From Eledone cirrhosa (Eukaryota): a stretch of 64,000 nucleotides of DNA. Position 1 is the stretch's first letter, and every line of letters begins with the position of its first letter. The stretch spans positions 1,116,001 through 1,180,000 of the forward strand of contig OZ024754.1 of NCBI GenBank assembly GCA_964016885.1. Direction: 5' to 3'. This document shows, in pieces, positions 55,630 through 64,000 of the stretch. The position numbers and the translations under genes were made by a program. The notes beneath the pieces were generated by a model. The model did no database searches, was not told where the DNA came from, and saw only the letters and a program-made list of their open reading frames with translations.

Positions 55630-58600
55630 ATGTATATATATGATTATGATATATATACTCACCATTATCAATTACATTTAGAAGTCTGAAGACAATCTCA
55701 GTAGGAACATTTCCTTTGGTAACTTCTAGTAACTCATTAATAGTATCAACATACCATTTATCACAGCTGGACAATGTAAGAACAAGTCAAGGAATTATAG
55801 ATAAAGAAAAGCTAATCAGCCGATGTATACTTTAGAGAGTACTATATATTCTCAAGAGTTCTAGTGAGAGACGGAAGAGAGATATACAATCTTGACAAAG
55901 GGCAATAACCCAGAAACAATATTGTCGGTTGTTTTTCTTTGTCACCGCTAGAATAAAGGATGGTGATGGTCATCTCAGAAACAACATATTGAGTCTGTTT
56001 GCTTGCAAATGAATCAGATATTATTAAAGTACCAGTAATGTACTGAGTAATTGCTGGCCTTGTGCCTAAAGTAGAAACAATTATTATTCAACGTAAAACT
56101 CACGAATACATTTCAATTATTTCAAATTTTAAAATTATTTTCATAATTAATTGAAACAAATTGGCAAAGTCTTTCATTAGAAATATGATAATCAAATATA
56201 AGAAATCATAAAAAAAGGATATTTTTCAACGAGGCTGAAGAGTTTGGCAACAATATCAGCTTGCCAAAATGAATCATGACTTGCTGTGGAAATATACTTG
56301 AGCAGATGTTGACTAATTACTTTAATATTGACAGGATTAGCTATTTGGTACATCAATTCTAGAGTCTACAAGAAAATAAAGCAAATATTTCAGAAACAAA
56401 ATATCTTTAACCATACAACAGCAACTGCAACAGTAGCAGCAGCAACAACAACAACACCAACAGCAACAAAAACAACAGCAATAGCAACAACAACATCAAC
56501 AACACCAACAACATCAACAACAGAAACAACAACAAACATTTTAAGACCATCTTCCCTGTTAAAGCAGAGGTTAGACAAATTTCACACCCATTATTAGATC
56601 TTTTTTCACGGCAATGTTTTACTGATTTTCCAACCCCATTCATTCCCCTCCCTCTCCTCCGCTTATCAAAATTTAAGCATATGTCCAACCCCTCCCTGTT
56701 ATTTGGGACCCAAGAGTAATTTATTTTATCGACCCTGTAAGGATGATAGGCAAAGCTAACTGTGATAAGGTTTGTTCTTGGAATGTAAAGAGCTGGAAGA
56801 AATACAATAAAAGAACTTGTCTGATACTTGAGTGATTTTCCTCCCCCTTCCCCTCTAGTATTTACATTACTCTATATCTATTATTGTATTTTCACGGTAA
56901 AGGCTTTACCTCACATAATATCGAATCTATGAGATTTTGATATTATTTATTTTGAGAACAATACCTTAATATCAGTATGAGTAGCAAGTTATGGCTGGTT
57001 TGAACAGAAAGAGGTGAGAGAATTCTAGCTGGATATGGCCGGTTTAAATAACACAATAAAAGGAAGTTTGTAAATAAAACATATTTCCATTTGTGTGTCA
57101 GTACCTTTCTTTGAATAGCTGGATCAGGATTCTCGAGATATTCCATAATAACTTTTTGATATTCTACAGCATACTTTGGTGCCACCACTACTAGTGAGGT
57201 AAGGGATTTCATTCCTGTCAAAGAGAGGACATTTCACAATAGGAAGAACACAGCAATAATTACTGAAGATGTCACAGGAAAATGTGTGATGAAAGAACTT
57301 TGAGAAATTATAATTTATATTTATATTCTTAACTGTTGGTCAATCAATGATAAACATTGATTACCAGCAAAATTATTTATAAAAAATATAAAAATATATT
57401 TTTGGGCAATATTAAGAAAGCATGACCCTCCCCAAACATTTCAATGTAACCCAATTTCCCAATGCTTACCAAGATATTTCAGATTTTGATTACTGGAGTG
57501 TAAAAACTTGCCAACTGCTCTTGAAGCATCATCCAACAGTTCCAGATTAGGTGTAATGTGTGTGATTGTAAGAATACATTCATATATAATAGCTAGATGG
57601 ATAAAAAGACAAAAATAAAACATCTTAATAAGATTATATATAATTGTCCAGACTATCAAATCCTCTTTGGAATATAAATCGACAGAGATAGAATAAGATA
57701 AATTGAAAAATTGTCAATTTTCTTCCTTCCTTCTTTCGATGTTTATTTATATATATATAGATATATGTACTATTGTCTGTTTGTATATACAGCTGTTAAT
57801 ATATGTGTGTGTGTTGTGTACATGCATATATTCGTAACGGGAAAAATTGGTCATATAGGGTAGCTGTGTTTTAAAATAACAGAGACGAGGAAATGGCCAT
57901 TTTCATCCCACCCACCATACATATCACCTTCCGGTATACATGGCTGACGCATAGCACGTTAAATCAGGTTCCACTCAACGCAGACATGGGGTGGACAGAG
58001 GCTCCGTAAGCTGTAGTGTAGGCAACCCATCTAGGAGAGCTACCACTCCGAATAAATTGGTGTGGAGTAGAGAAGTCCCCTAAGTCCAGTAAAACAACTT
58101 CCCTACTGCTGGTGGCACAAAGAAAAGCACCCAGTCCATGCTGTAAAATGGAGGGGTGGATAGGGCCCCTGAGTTCAGTAAGACAACCTCTCAAGTGCTG
58201 GTGGCACGAATAAATGCATCTAGTCCATGCTGTAAAATGGAGGGTAGAGAGGGCCCCTGAGTCCAGTAAGACAACTTTTCTAGTGCTGGTGGCATGAATA
58301 AAAGCACCTAGTCCATGCTGTAAAGTGGTGCTGGTGTTAGGAAGGGCATCCAACCAGTATATATACTACTGCCAAAAACTATGAGCACAACAAATGAGAA
58401 TTGCAACAACTGCGTCAACAGCAATAACACTAACCATTTTAGGGTTGCGCATGGTAGTGGGGTGGCTGGTGCAGCCATGTGTGAGAACCTCCCAACCATC
58501 ATCAAGCAATTGCACAACAACAACTGCGTAAATAGCAATAGCACTAACCATGTTAGGGCTGTGCACGGTAGTCGGGTGGCTGATGCGGCCATATGCGAGA

Positions 58601-61600
58601 ACCCCCCGACCGTCATCAAGCTATCGCACAACAGGAACAAGAACAAGAATATGAAGACATCGCATCTCAGAGATGCCACACTTAATGTTGGCACTATAAC
58701 AGGTAGATCTGTGGAGATGCTGGAGAAAAGACATGTGGATGTGTGCTGCGTGCAAGAGGTGAGATGGAGAGGTGCCTCTGCGAGACTAATCGCAGGCAAA
58801 CATCTTAGTTATAAGCTTTTCTGGGTGGGTAATGATGATAGGTTAGGTGGGGTAGGCATTTTACTGGCTGAGAGATGGATCAATAAGACAATAGAGGTAG
58901 TTAGTAATAGAATAATTAAGCTTAGATTAGTTGTAGGCAAGAGACTATTGACAATCATCTCTGCCTATGCTCCCCAGGCAGGCCTAGGTAAAGAAGAGAA
59001 AGACTGCTTTTACAAGCAACTTTTACAAACAGCCACAATGACGGAGGACGGAGGTGTCGTTATGCTAGCAGGGACTTCAATGGTCATTTTGGGCAGCTCC
59101 AGGATGGATACACTGGGGTACATGGTGGGCATGCTTATGGCTCAAGAAATGAAAAAGGAATGAGGCTTCTTGAATTTTGTGATGCAAGTGCACTAACCAT
59201 TTGTAATACTAACTTCAAGAAACCTACCAACCACCTAATAACCTACAAATCAGGCGAGTACATAAGCCAGATTGACTTCTTGCTAGTTAGGCAGCGAGAC
59301 AGACAGATAATGTCAAATACTAAGGTATACCCCGGAGAAGAATTTACCCCGCAGCATAGGTTAGTCGTTTGTGACATCTCAGTAAGAGACAGAATGAGAC
59401 ATACAGGAAGGTATGGAAAAGAAAGGTCTGGAAGCTAAAAGACCTTTCACTAAAATATAAATTTAGGAAAGTCCTTCAAGATGTATGACGAGAAAGAAGA
59501 CGATTTAGAGTCGTATGACATAGATGATAACTGGAATTTCTTACGTGACAACTTACTGCAGGCTACTGAAGAAACTTGTGGTTGGGGCAGAGCTCCAACC
59601 AGACAGAAAGTGACCTGGTGGTGAAACAGCACGGTAGATAGGGCCATTAGAGACAAAAGACTAGCATGGAACGCTTGGAAAAATGGTGGGAGTAGAGAAG
59701 GATACACAGCCGCTAAGAGAGAAGCTGGACGTCAGGTGTACTTAGCACGCAGGGAGGCTGAGAGTAGGAGGTTTGCCAATGTGCTGCGACGGGAAGATCA
59801 GAGGCGTGCGGTGTTCCACATTGTAAGGCAGTGTGTCAATGCAAATCAGGATGTTGTTGGAGATAAATGTGTCCGGAATAATGCCGGTGTACTTAGTTTC
59901 ACAAATGATCAGAAAAAGGAGGCCTGGAAATGTCATTATGAGAGACTGATGAATGTGGAGAACAAATGGGAGAGAGAGAAATTACCCTCAGGAGATCCGA
60001 CAGAAGGACCAGCTATTGAGATTGACGAATATAGGGTCCAAGAGGCGATTAAGGAAATGAAAAATGGTAAGGCTGTTGGGTCGTCGGGGATAGTTGCTGA
60101 AATGCTGAAGGCATCAGGGTACGTAGGGACTAAACTGGTTGCACGCATCATCAATCAGGCTATATATGGTGGTGTCATGCCCAAAGACTGGTACAGCAGT
60201 ATTCTCATAAATTGCTACAAAGGTAAAAGGGATGCTCTGGAGAGGAGCAATTATAAGGGCATAAAACTGATGGATCAGGTTATGAAAGTGGCAGAAAGTA
60301 TATTAGCACAACTAATTAGAGAAAGGGTCAAACTAAATGAGATGCAGTTTGGTTTTGTGCCTCGGAAAAGTACAACAGATGCCCTCTTCTTGGTGAGACA
60401 ACTACAAGAGAGGTTCTTAGAGAAGAATAAGCCACTATACTTAGCCTTTGTTGACCTAGAGAAGGCCTTTGCTAGGGTACTCCGATCTGTCATCTGGTGG
60501 TCCCTAAGGAAACTAGGTGTAGAGGAATGGCTTGTGAGGACAGTGCAAGCTATGTACAGAGGTGCTGTCAGTAAAGTGAGATTAGGAATGGAGTTTAGTG
60601 AGGAATTCCAGATATAAGTAGGAGTACATCAGGGTTCGGTCCTCAATCCGCTCTTGTTCATTATAGCTCTCCAAGCCATAACAAATGAGTTTAAGACTGG
60701 CTGCCCATGGAAACTTCTCTATGCTGATGATCTGGTTCTTATAGCAGAATCAGTAGAGGAGCTAGAGAAGAAATTCTGGCTATGGAAACAGCAGTTGGAA
60801 TCAAGAAGACTGAGAGTGAACATAGCTAAGACAAAAGTGTTGATAAGTAGAAGAGAAGACAATACTCTGATTCCATCAGGGTAATGGCCATGTTCGATAT
60901 GTAGAAAAGGAACTGGCATAAATTCTATAAAATGTACGCAATGCAGTTCTTGGGTACACAAGAAATGCAGTGGGATAGCAGGCAAACTATCAGGTAGAGA
61001 AAACTACGTATGCAGTAGATGTACAAGGAAAGTTGACAGTAGTAATCGCAGCGATAGACACATTTTTCAAATGCAGGTGGGTTCTATAGAAGTGGTTGAT
61101 AGCTTCCGGTACCTAGGTGATCAGATTAGCATGGGAGGAGGGTGTTCCGAGGCCATAGTATCTAGAATAAGGGTGGGTTGGAAGAAGTTTAGGGAGCTGC
61201 TTCCTCTGTTGACAAAGAAAGGTTTCTCCCTGCATATGAAAGGCTGGTTATATGATGCCTGTGTGAGCATTCTTGCAACATTTAATTTTCTTTATACTTA
61301 AAATAAAATTTTGCCTGAGATAGATTAGTAAAATTTAATAAGTGGGGTTGTTGAAAAAAAAATCTGAAAAATTAATAATCGGCAGCCCTAAGAGTAGATT
61401 TATTTTCCTTGCTGTAGAATGCAATGATGGTAATATTAAATTAACTCTTAAAATCCTGAAATAATGTCGCAGAAAACATCTAAAAACGAGTGTGTTTATT
61501 CAAAATGAATTTGTTAATGCAAATGTTTATAGTATTTTTATCAGTAGACAGATCTTCAAAAACATTAGCAATATTGGAGGAAAGACTTTAATTTTGAATG

Positions 61601-63242
61601 TGATACAGTTATAGCATAATTTGAATTTCATAAAAAACTAATACTAAGTTATAACCACAAGTTCAACTGAAATATTATAGTTTGATACTAATGTTGATGA
61701 TGATGATGATGGATATGATACTTACCAAAAGCCATGTTTTCTTTCATATTTGCACACTTAAGTACTTCTTTTAGAACAGGGTAGATTGTACTGCTTAAGC
61801 TGGAACACAACACAACAGTCAATAAAGAAATCATTGGTAGAGAAATTAGTAAAATCAAAGTAAATGTTTTATACCAAGGAGATGACAAACCTAACAATCT
61901 CAGTTTTATAATGTGTTTCAGATTCATACCAAGTAGATGACAAACCTTCATCTTATTAGATGTGTCATATTCATACCGGGTAGGTGACAATCCTTGGTCC
62001 CATTTCCCTGCTAGTAAGGGCTGGACAGGTTGTCACAGGCTAAGTCAGTTCTTAATCTGAGCTACTGACCTACTTACAAACTTTGATTTTCCATAGTCTG
62101 ACTGACTTCTTGTTTGTTTCTTTGCTTTTTTTTTTTTTATTAAATACAACCTACACCCTCTTGTTTCTGCTGCTCTAACATCTTGTGTATTTCAGTAAGT
62201 CCTCAACAACAAACATTTTAAAAGAGTTAGCCTGGAAGGTCCCATGACAAGCCCTGTTATTTTGTCCTATCATCTGCCACCTTTTACTTCAAACTTTTGC
62301 ATTGATATTGGCAGGCCTGCAATTAAGAAGTTGAAAAAAATGTCAATGCTGATAGTGAGGGTGGGATTGATTACTTAATGATGCCTGAGGAGTTCATAAC
62401 ACAATCCTTTCAAACTATAATTATAATACAATAAATATCAACATTTCAAAAGTTTTCAATTTCAAAATAACAAATAATAAAATACATACTCTTTATCATC
62501 AGCTCCGAGGAATGATAGTAATTTCAATAAAGAAATTTGCATCCATGGATTTGGAATAGAATGATATTCATATTCAATAGGTAATTTTCGTTTTAGAATT
62601 TGTTTCAGAATATCTAGAAATGCAGGAACTAAGGCTTTGTACTGAGATGGATTGGACTAGAAAGGAAAAGAAAAATATATATTTCTAATATGATAAAATC
62701 TAAGATTGAAATAATGCTTTCTAATTTTAAGCACAATGCCAGAATTGTTGACAAAGAGATACAGTTGATAACATCAACTCTAGTACTTGACTGGCATTTT
62801 ATTTGGTCAACCACAGAAAGATAAAAGGCAAAGATGACCTTTGTGGGATTTGAACTCAAAACAGTGAAAAGCATTTTATCTGACATTATAATGATTTTGC
62901 CAATCCACTGCCCACCTAAGATTGAAGTAATGAAAATTTACTGTCCTATATGTCTATCATATTGTTCATATAGAAAATATATTTAAACACTGCATTACTT
63001 AAAGGAGTGAAGTAAATTGTTAAAAAATGCTTAAAAATATCAAGTTAAGAAAGAACTTAAAACTATTTAGACTTTTCCTTGCCTTGATAAGAGATTGGTA
63101 GCAGATTAAGGAAGCATTCACTACTCCAGGATCTTGATCACAAAGAAAATCACTGAATTTCTTGGAAATATTGGTTACAGAGCTTGGGCTTTTAGTCCAA
63201 ATATTGAGAAAAGCTGTAACAGCTTTTTTCCTCACAACAGAT
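34598..63242 (-). CDS. AP4E1: AP-4 complex subunit epsilon, multi-exon, 5'-partial (18 coding exons, about 1011 aa in window)
   Basis: Hand-spliced exons are all phase-consistent. Peptides match epsilon-adaptin as I recall it: VRKKAV..LCDQDPGV, KLPIEYEYHSIPNPWMQI, AIIYECI..NLKYLG, LENPDPAIQRK, LDFTLSFVDDYV, LQLKGIKKVWSKDG, QFAAALFAGI, NEALLSGQCL..YLLH. Confidence 0.95.
35240..35990 (-). mobile_element. RTE LINE 3' end joined to a SINE/LINE tail ending (GAT)n
   Basis: MLHGSETW…RRLRWYGHV…GRPKMTW. Confidence 0.88.
36930..37420 (-). mobile_element. CR1-type LINE 3' fragment
   Basis: SYWERL…LYSMERRRERYAVIYIWKILEGLIPN. Confidence 0.85.
39008..39084. mobile_element. 77-bp Tc1/mariner-type MITE
   Basis: 30-bp TIRs starting CAGGGTGTCC, flanked by TA. 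Confidence 0.75.
39815..40560 (+). mobile_element. Penelope-like remnant: endonuclease C-terminus plus pLTR
   Basis: GHSSLYVSVLG…RTEQSLILLL, followed by an HHR. Confidence 0.6.
40439..40474 (+). ncRNA. Minimal type-I hammerhead ribozyme
   Basis: TCTT-CTGATGA-aGGAC(TAGA)GTCC-GAAAC-GTT-AAGA; palindromic stem III (AACGTT). Confidence 0.8.
41187..41970 (+). mobile_element. RTE-clade LINE 3' fragment
   Basis: EFADDIVL, GLRMNETKT, RRLRLAGH. Confidence 0.88.
42462..42566 (-). ncRNA. Type-I hammerhead ribozyme with about 80-nt stem II, sense to the AP4E1 pre-mRNA
   Basis: TCTTT-CTGATGA-AATGCAGT…ACTGTATT-GAAAC-GT-GTT-AAAGA. Confidence 0.75.
43180..43500 (+). mobile_element. Probable L1/Tx1-like 3' end
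   Basis: KVRV.R..L…F.KRW-like remnant, then a 3' UTR ending aataaag(aat)n. Confidence 0.4.
43503..43914 (+). mobile_element. R4/Dong RLE C-terminal fragment
   Basis: HNRSDLVVFDK…IVDVACPFD…YQDLKRELKRIW…IVIGALGT…LGTA. Confidence 0.82.
43915..44840 (+). mobile_element. Helentron-derived HINE/DINE-1-like element
   Basis: ACTAGC…cggcgttgctcggg head, internal repeats, (CAGA)n, taatatagat end; inserted in the (TAA)n tail of the R4 fragment. Confidence 0.75.
45088..45245 (-). CDS. AP4E1: AP4E1 ear-platform exon (IDIAQFADTWQQF)
   Basis: atttcag / gtaaaa; F..W platform motif; phases 2 to 1. Confidence 0.87.
45311..45531 (+). mobile_element. piggyBac-type MITE
   Basis: TTAA-CCCTTTAGCATT…AATGTTAAAGGG-TTAA. 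Second copy at 52684-52880 (opposite orientation); remnant near 56850-57050. Confidence 0.8.
45840..46170 (+). mobile_element. RTE (Expander/Rex3-like) 3' fragment; another at 47040-47465
   Basis: SQLRYYGHVVRM…GRRPRSRP. Confidence 0.75.
46650..46873 (-). CDS. AP4E1: AP4E1 ear exon (…FSVDLTWIDFC)
   Basis: tgtttag / gtaagt; similar to FSVNLSLLDFI. Confidence 0.85.
47563..48270 (-). CDS. AP4E1: AP4E1 large hinge/ear exon (708 nt)
   Basis: tttttag / gtaagt; open throughout (ORF 47476..48165 plus 35 upstream codons). Confidence 0.85.
49211..49303 (-). CDS. AP4E1: AP4E1 exon (ERQQFAAALFAGI)
   Basis: atgacag / gtaata; matches the KQxLAxxLFxG motif. Confidence 0.9.
49548..49668 (-). CDS. AP4E1: AP4E1 exon (LQLKGIKKVWSKDG)
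   Basis: tttcag / gtaaaa; conserved KKxWxKxG hinge motif. Confidence 0.9.
50478..50634 (-). CDS. AP4E1: AP4E1 hinge exon
   Basis: ttttcag / gtaagt; open frame, and phases 1 to 2 bridge the neighbours; little sequence conservation. Confidence 0.8.
51215..51855 (-). mobile_element. RTE LINE fragment, same family as 57960-61270
   Basis: FVCRRC…FCYLGD…GWKKFRELLPLLT. Confidence 0.8.
51932..52037 (-). CDS. AP4E1: AP4E1 exon (LDFTLSFVDDYV...GAMPFK)
   Basis: tttctag / gtaagt; epsilon-type LSFxDxxV..GAxP motif. Confidence 0.92.
52946..53047 (-). CDS. AP4E1: AP4E1 exon (RFEEVKRL...FTSE)
   Basis: ctttcag / gtgagt; 102 nt, phase 0-0. Confidence 0.85.
53584..53808 (-). CDS. AP4E1: AP4E1 exon (VISENQ...WIWTAMTK...ETIQ)
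   Basis: ttccag / gtaaga; W|VI(G/S)E adaptin junction. Confidence 0.9.
54797..54900 (-). CDS. AP4E1: AP4E1 exon (SKKDKG...IIQVAVW)
   Basis: cttgcag / gtaagt; in frame. Confidence 0.9.
55663..55775 (-). CDS. AP4E1: AP4E1 exon (LSSCDKWYVDTIN...NVIDN)
   Basis: AC acceptor, gtgagt donor; aligns to the YAPDNAWFI region of AP4E1. Confidence 0.92.
55776..56222 (-). other. U12-type (minor spliceosome) AT-AC intron
   Basis: 5' splice site ATATCCTTT; branch site TTCCTTGAC (55786-55794); terminal AC at 55777-55776; splicing restores the frame. Confidence 0.92.
56223..56365 (-). CDS. AP4E1: AP4E1 exon (TLELMYQIAN...SLVEK)
   Basis: cttgtag acceptor; followed by the U12 donor ATATCCTTT. Confidence 0.92.
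57105..57214 (-). CDS. AP4E1: AP4E1 exon (MKSLTSLV...DPAIQRK)
   Basis: tttgacag / gtactg; in frame. Confidence 0.93.
57260..57303 (+). ncRNA. Hammerhead ribozyme in a PLE pLTR remnant inside a 255-bp AP4E1 intron
   Basis: TTA-CTGAAGA-tGTCACA(ggaaaatg)TGTGAT-GAAAG-AA-CTT-TGA; same family as 17824. Confidence 0.6.
57470..57592 (-). CDS. AP4E1: AP4E1 exon (AIIYECILT...NLKYLG)
   Basis: catctag / gtaagc; conserved adaptin motif. Confidence 0.95.
57960..61270 (+). mobile_element. Near full-length degraded RTE-clade LINE (APE, RT, Cys-rich finger), antisense in an AP4E1 intron
   Basis: LNVGT..QEVRW, SAYAPQ, SQIDF, QFGF, FVDLEKAF, LYADDLVL, PCSICRKG…CTQC..WVHKKC…CSRC; several stops and frameshifts. 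Confidence 0.92.
61726..61799 (-). CDS. AP4E1: AP4E1 exon (LSSTIYPVLKEVLKCANMKENMAF)
   Basis: ttccag / gtaagt; phases 2 to 1 fit both neighbours. Confidence 0.92.
62490..62656 (-). CDS. AP4E1: AP4E1 exon (SNPSQYKALV...LGADDK)
   Basis: tttctag acceptor, gtatgt donor; YHSIPNPWMQI adaptin motif. Confidence 0.95.
63083..63242 (-). CDS. AP4E1: AP4E1 exon (SVVRKKAVTA...CYQSLIK)
   Basis: tttttcag acceptor; ends AAG|GCAAGG (GC donor, phase 0 as required by the next exon). Confidence 0.88.
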
Positions 63243-63624
63243 CTGAAAAAGAAAAGAGTAAAACAATTCAACTTTCTATCTACTGAACCTTTTCATCCGA
63301 AACTTTGTGTTTCAATTACTAAAATAATCAATAATTAGGAAATGTTTAGTGAAATAATTAACTTTCAACTTAATTACAAAAGACAAATATTTAATAACTG
63401 AAATCTAATTTTATGTTATGTAATACTGCGATTTCAGTCAAAAATTTAAATATAAATTTAGAACAATTTAACCGGAATGGTTCCAATTGGGCTACAGTTC
63501 AAAAGGTTGAAATAGACAAATACACAAAGAACAAATTTTCATCACAACAATAGAAAGTTATTTGATGTTTGGAATATAACTTAACATAGGTTCCTACAAA
63601 ACATTATGATGGAAGTTTTTTGGA

Positions 63625-64000
63625 CAGTGGTCGTAATGGCAACACGATAAAAAGTGCCCAGCCCACAATCTAAAGTTGTTGTGTAGGTGATACAACAAAA
63701 AACTCCCAGTACACACTGTAAAGTGTAGGTGTCACAACAAAAAGCACCCAGCACACACTGTAAAGTGATTGTGTAGGTGTCACAACAAAAAGCACCCAGT
63801 ACACACTGTAAAGTGGTCGTGTAGGTGTCATGACAAAAAGCTCCCAGTACGCGCTGTGAAGTGGTCATGTAGGTGTCACAAGAAAAAGCATCAAGTACTC
63901 ACTGTGAATGCGGTTGGCATTAGAAAGGGCATCCAACTGTAGAAACCAAGCCAAAACCAGTTCTGTATGAGCAAACATGATCACCTGACCTAGCATTTCT
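63625..64000 (+). repeat. About 41-bp tandem repeats of the SINE/RTE-5'-derived aaaagcacccag…actgtaaagtgg unit
   Basis: 6-7 visible copies, followed by gaaagggcatccaactgtagaaacc. Confidence 0.8.

Overview
AT-rich, microsatellite-dense animal genomic DNA. The repeat families and overall character suggest a coleoid cephalopod such as Octopus; this is an inference. One host gene is well supported: AP4E1 (AP-4 adaptor complex subunit epsilon) on the minus strand. Its 18 coding exons run from 63242 to the stop at 34598 and join in frame to about 1011 codons; the 5' exons lie beyond the window. The gene carries a U12-type AT-AC intron (55776-56222) and a probable GC-AG intron (62657-63082). The rest is decayed transposons: Penelope-like elements (PLEs), RTE, R4/Dong, CRE, CR1 and possibly Tx1 LINE fragments, tRNA-derived SINEs, a Charlie/Buster hAT element with an 8-bp TSD, Helentron-derived HINEs, and piggyBac/mariner MITEs. 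The most striking unannotated signal is about a dozen type-I hammerhead ribozyme (HHR) motifs, several with very long stem II arms. One intact HHR sits in a 332-bp unit with 48-bp terminal redundancy, the architecture of a retrozyme or circular-RNA retrocopy. Several long fold-back palindromes also lie in AP4E1 introns. Most listed ORFs are microsatellite artefacts.
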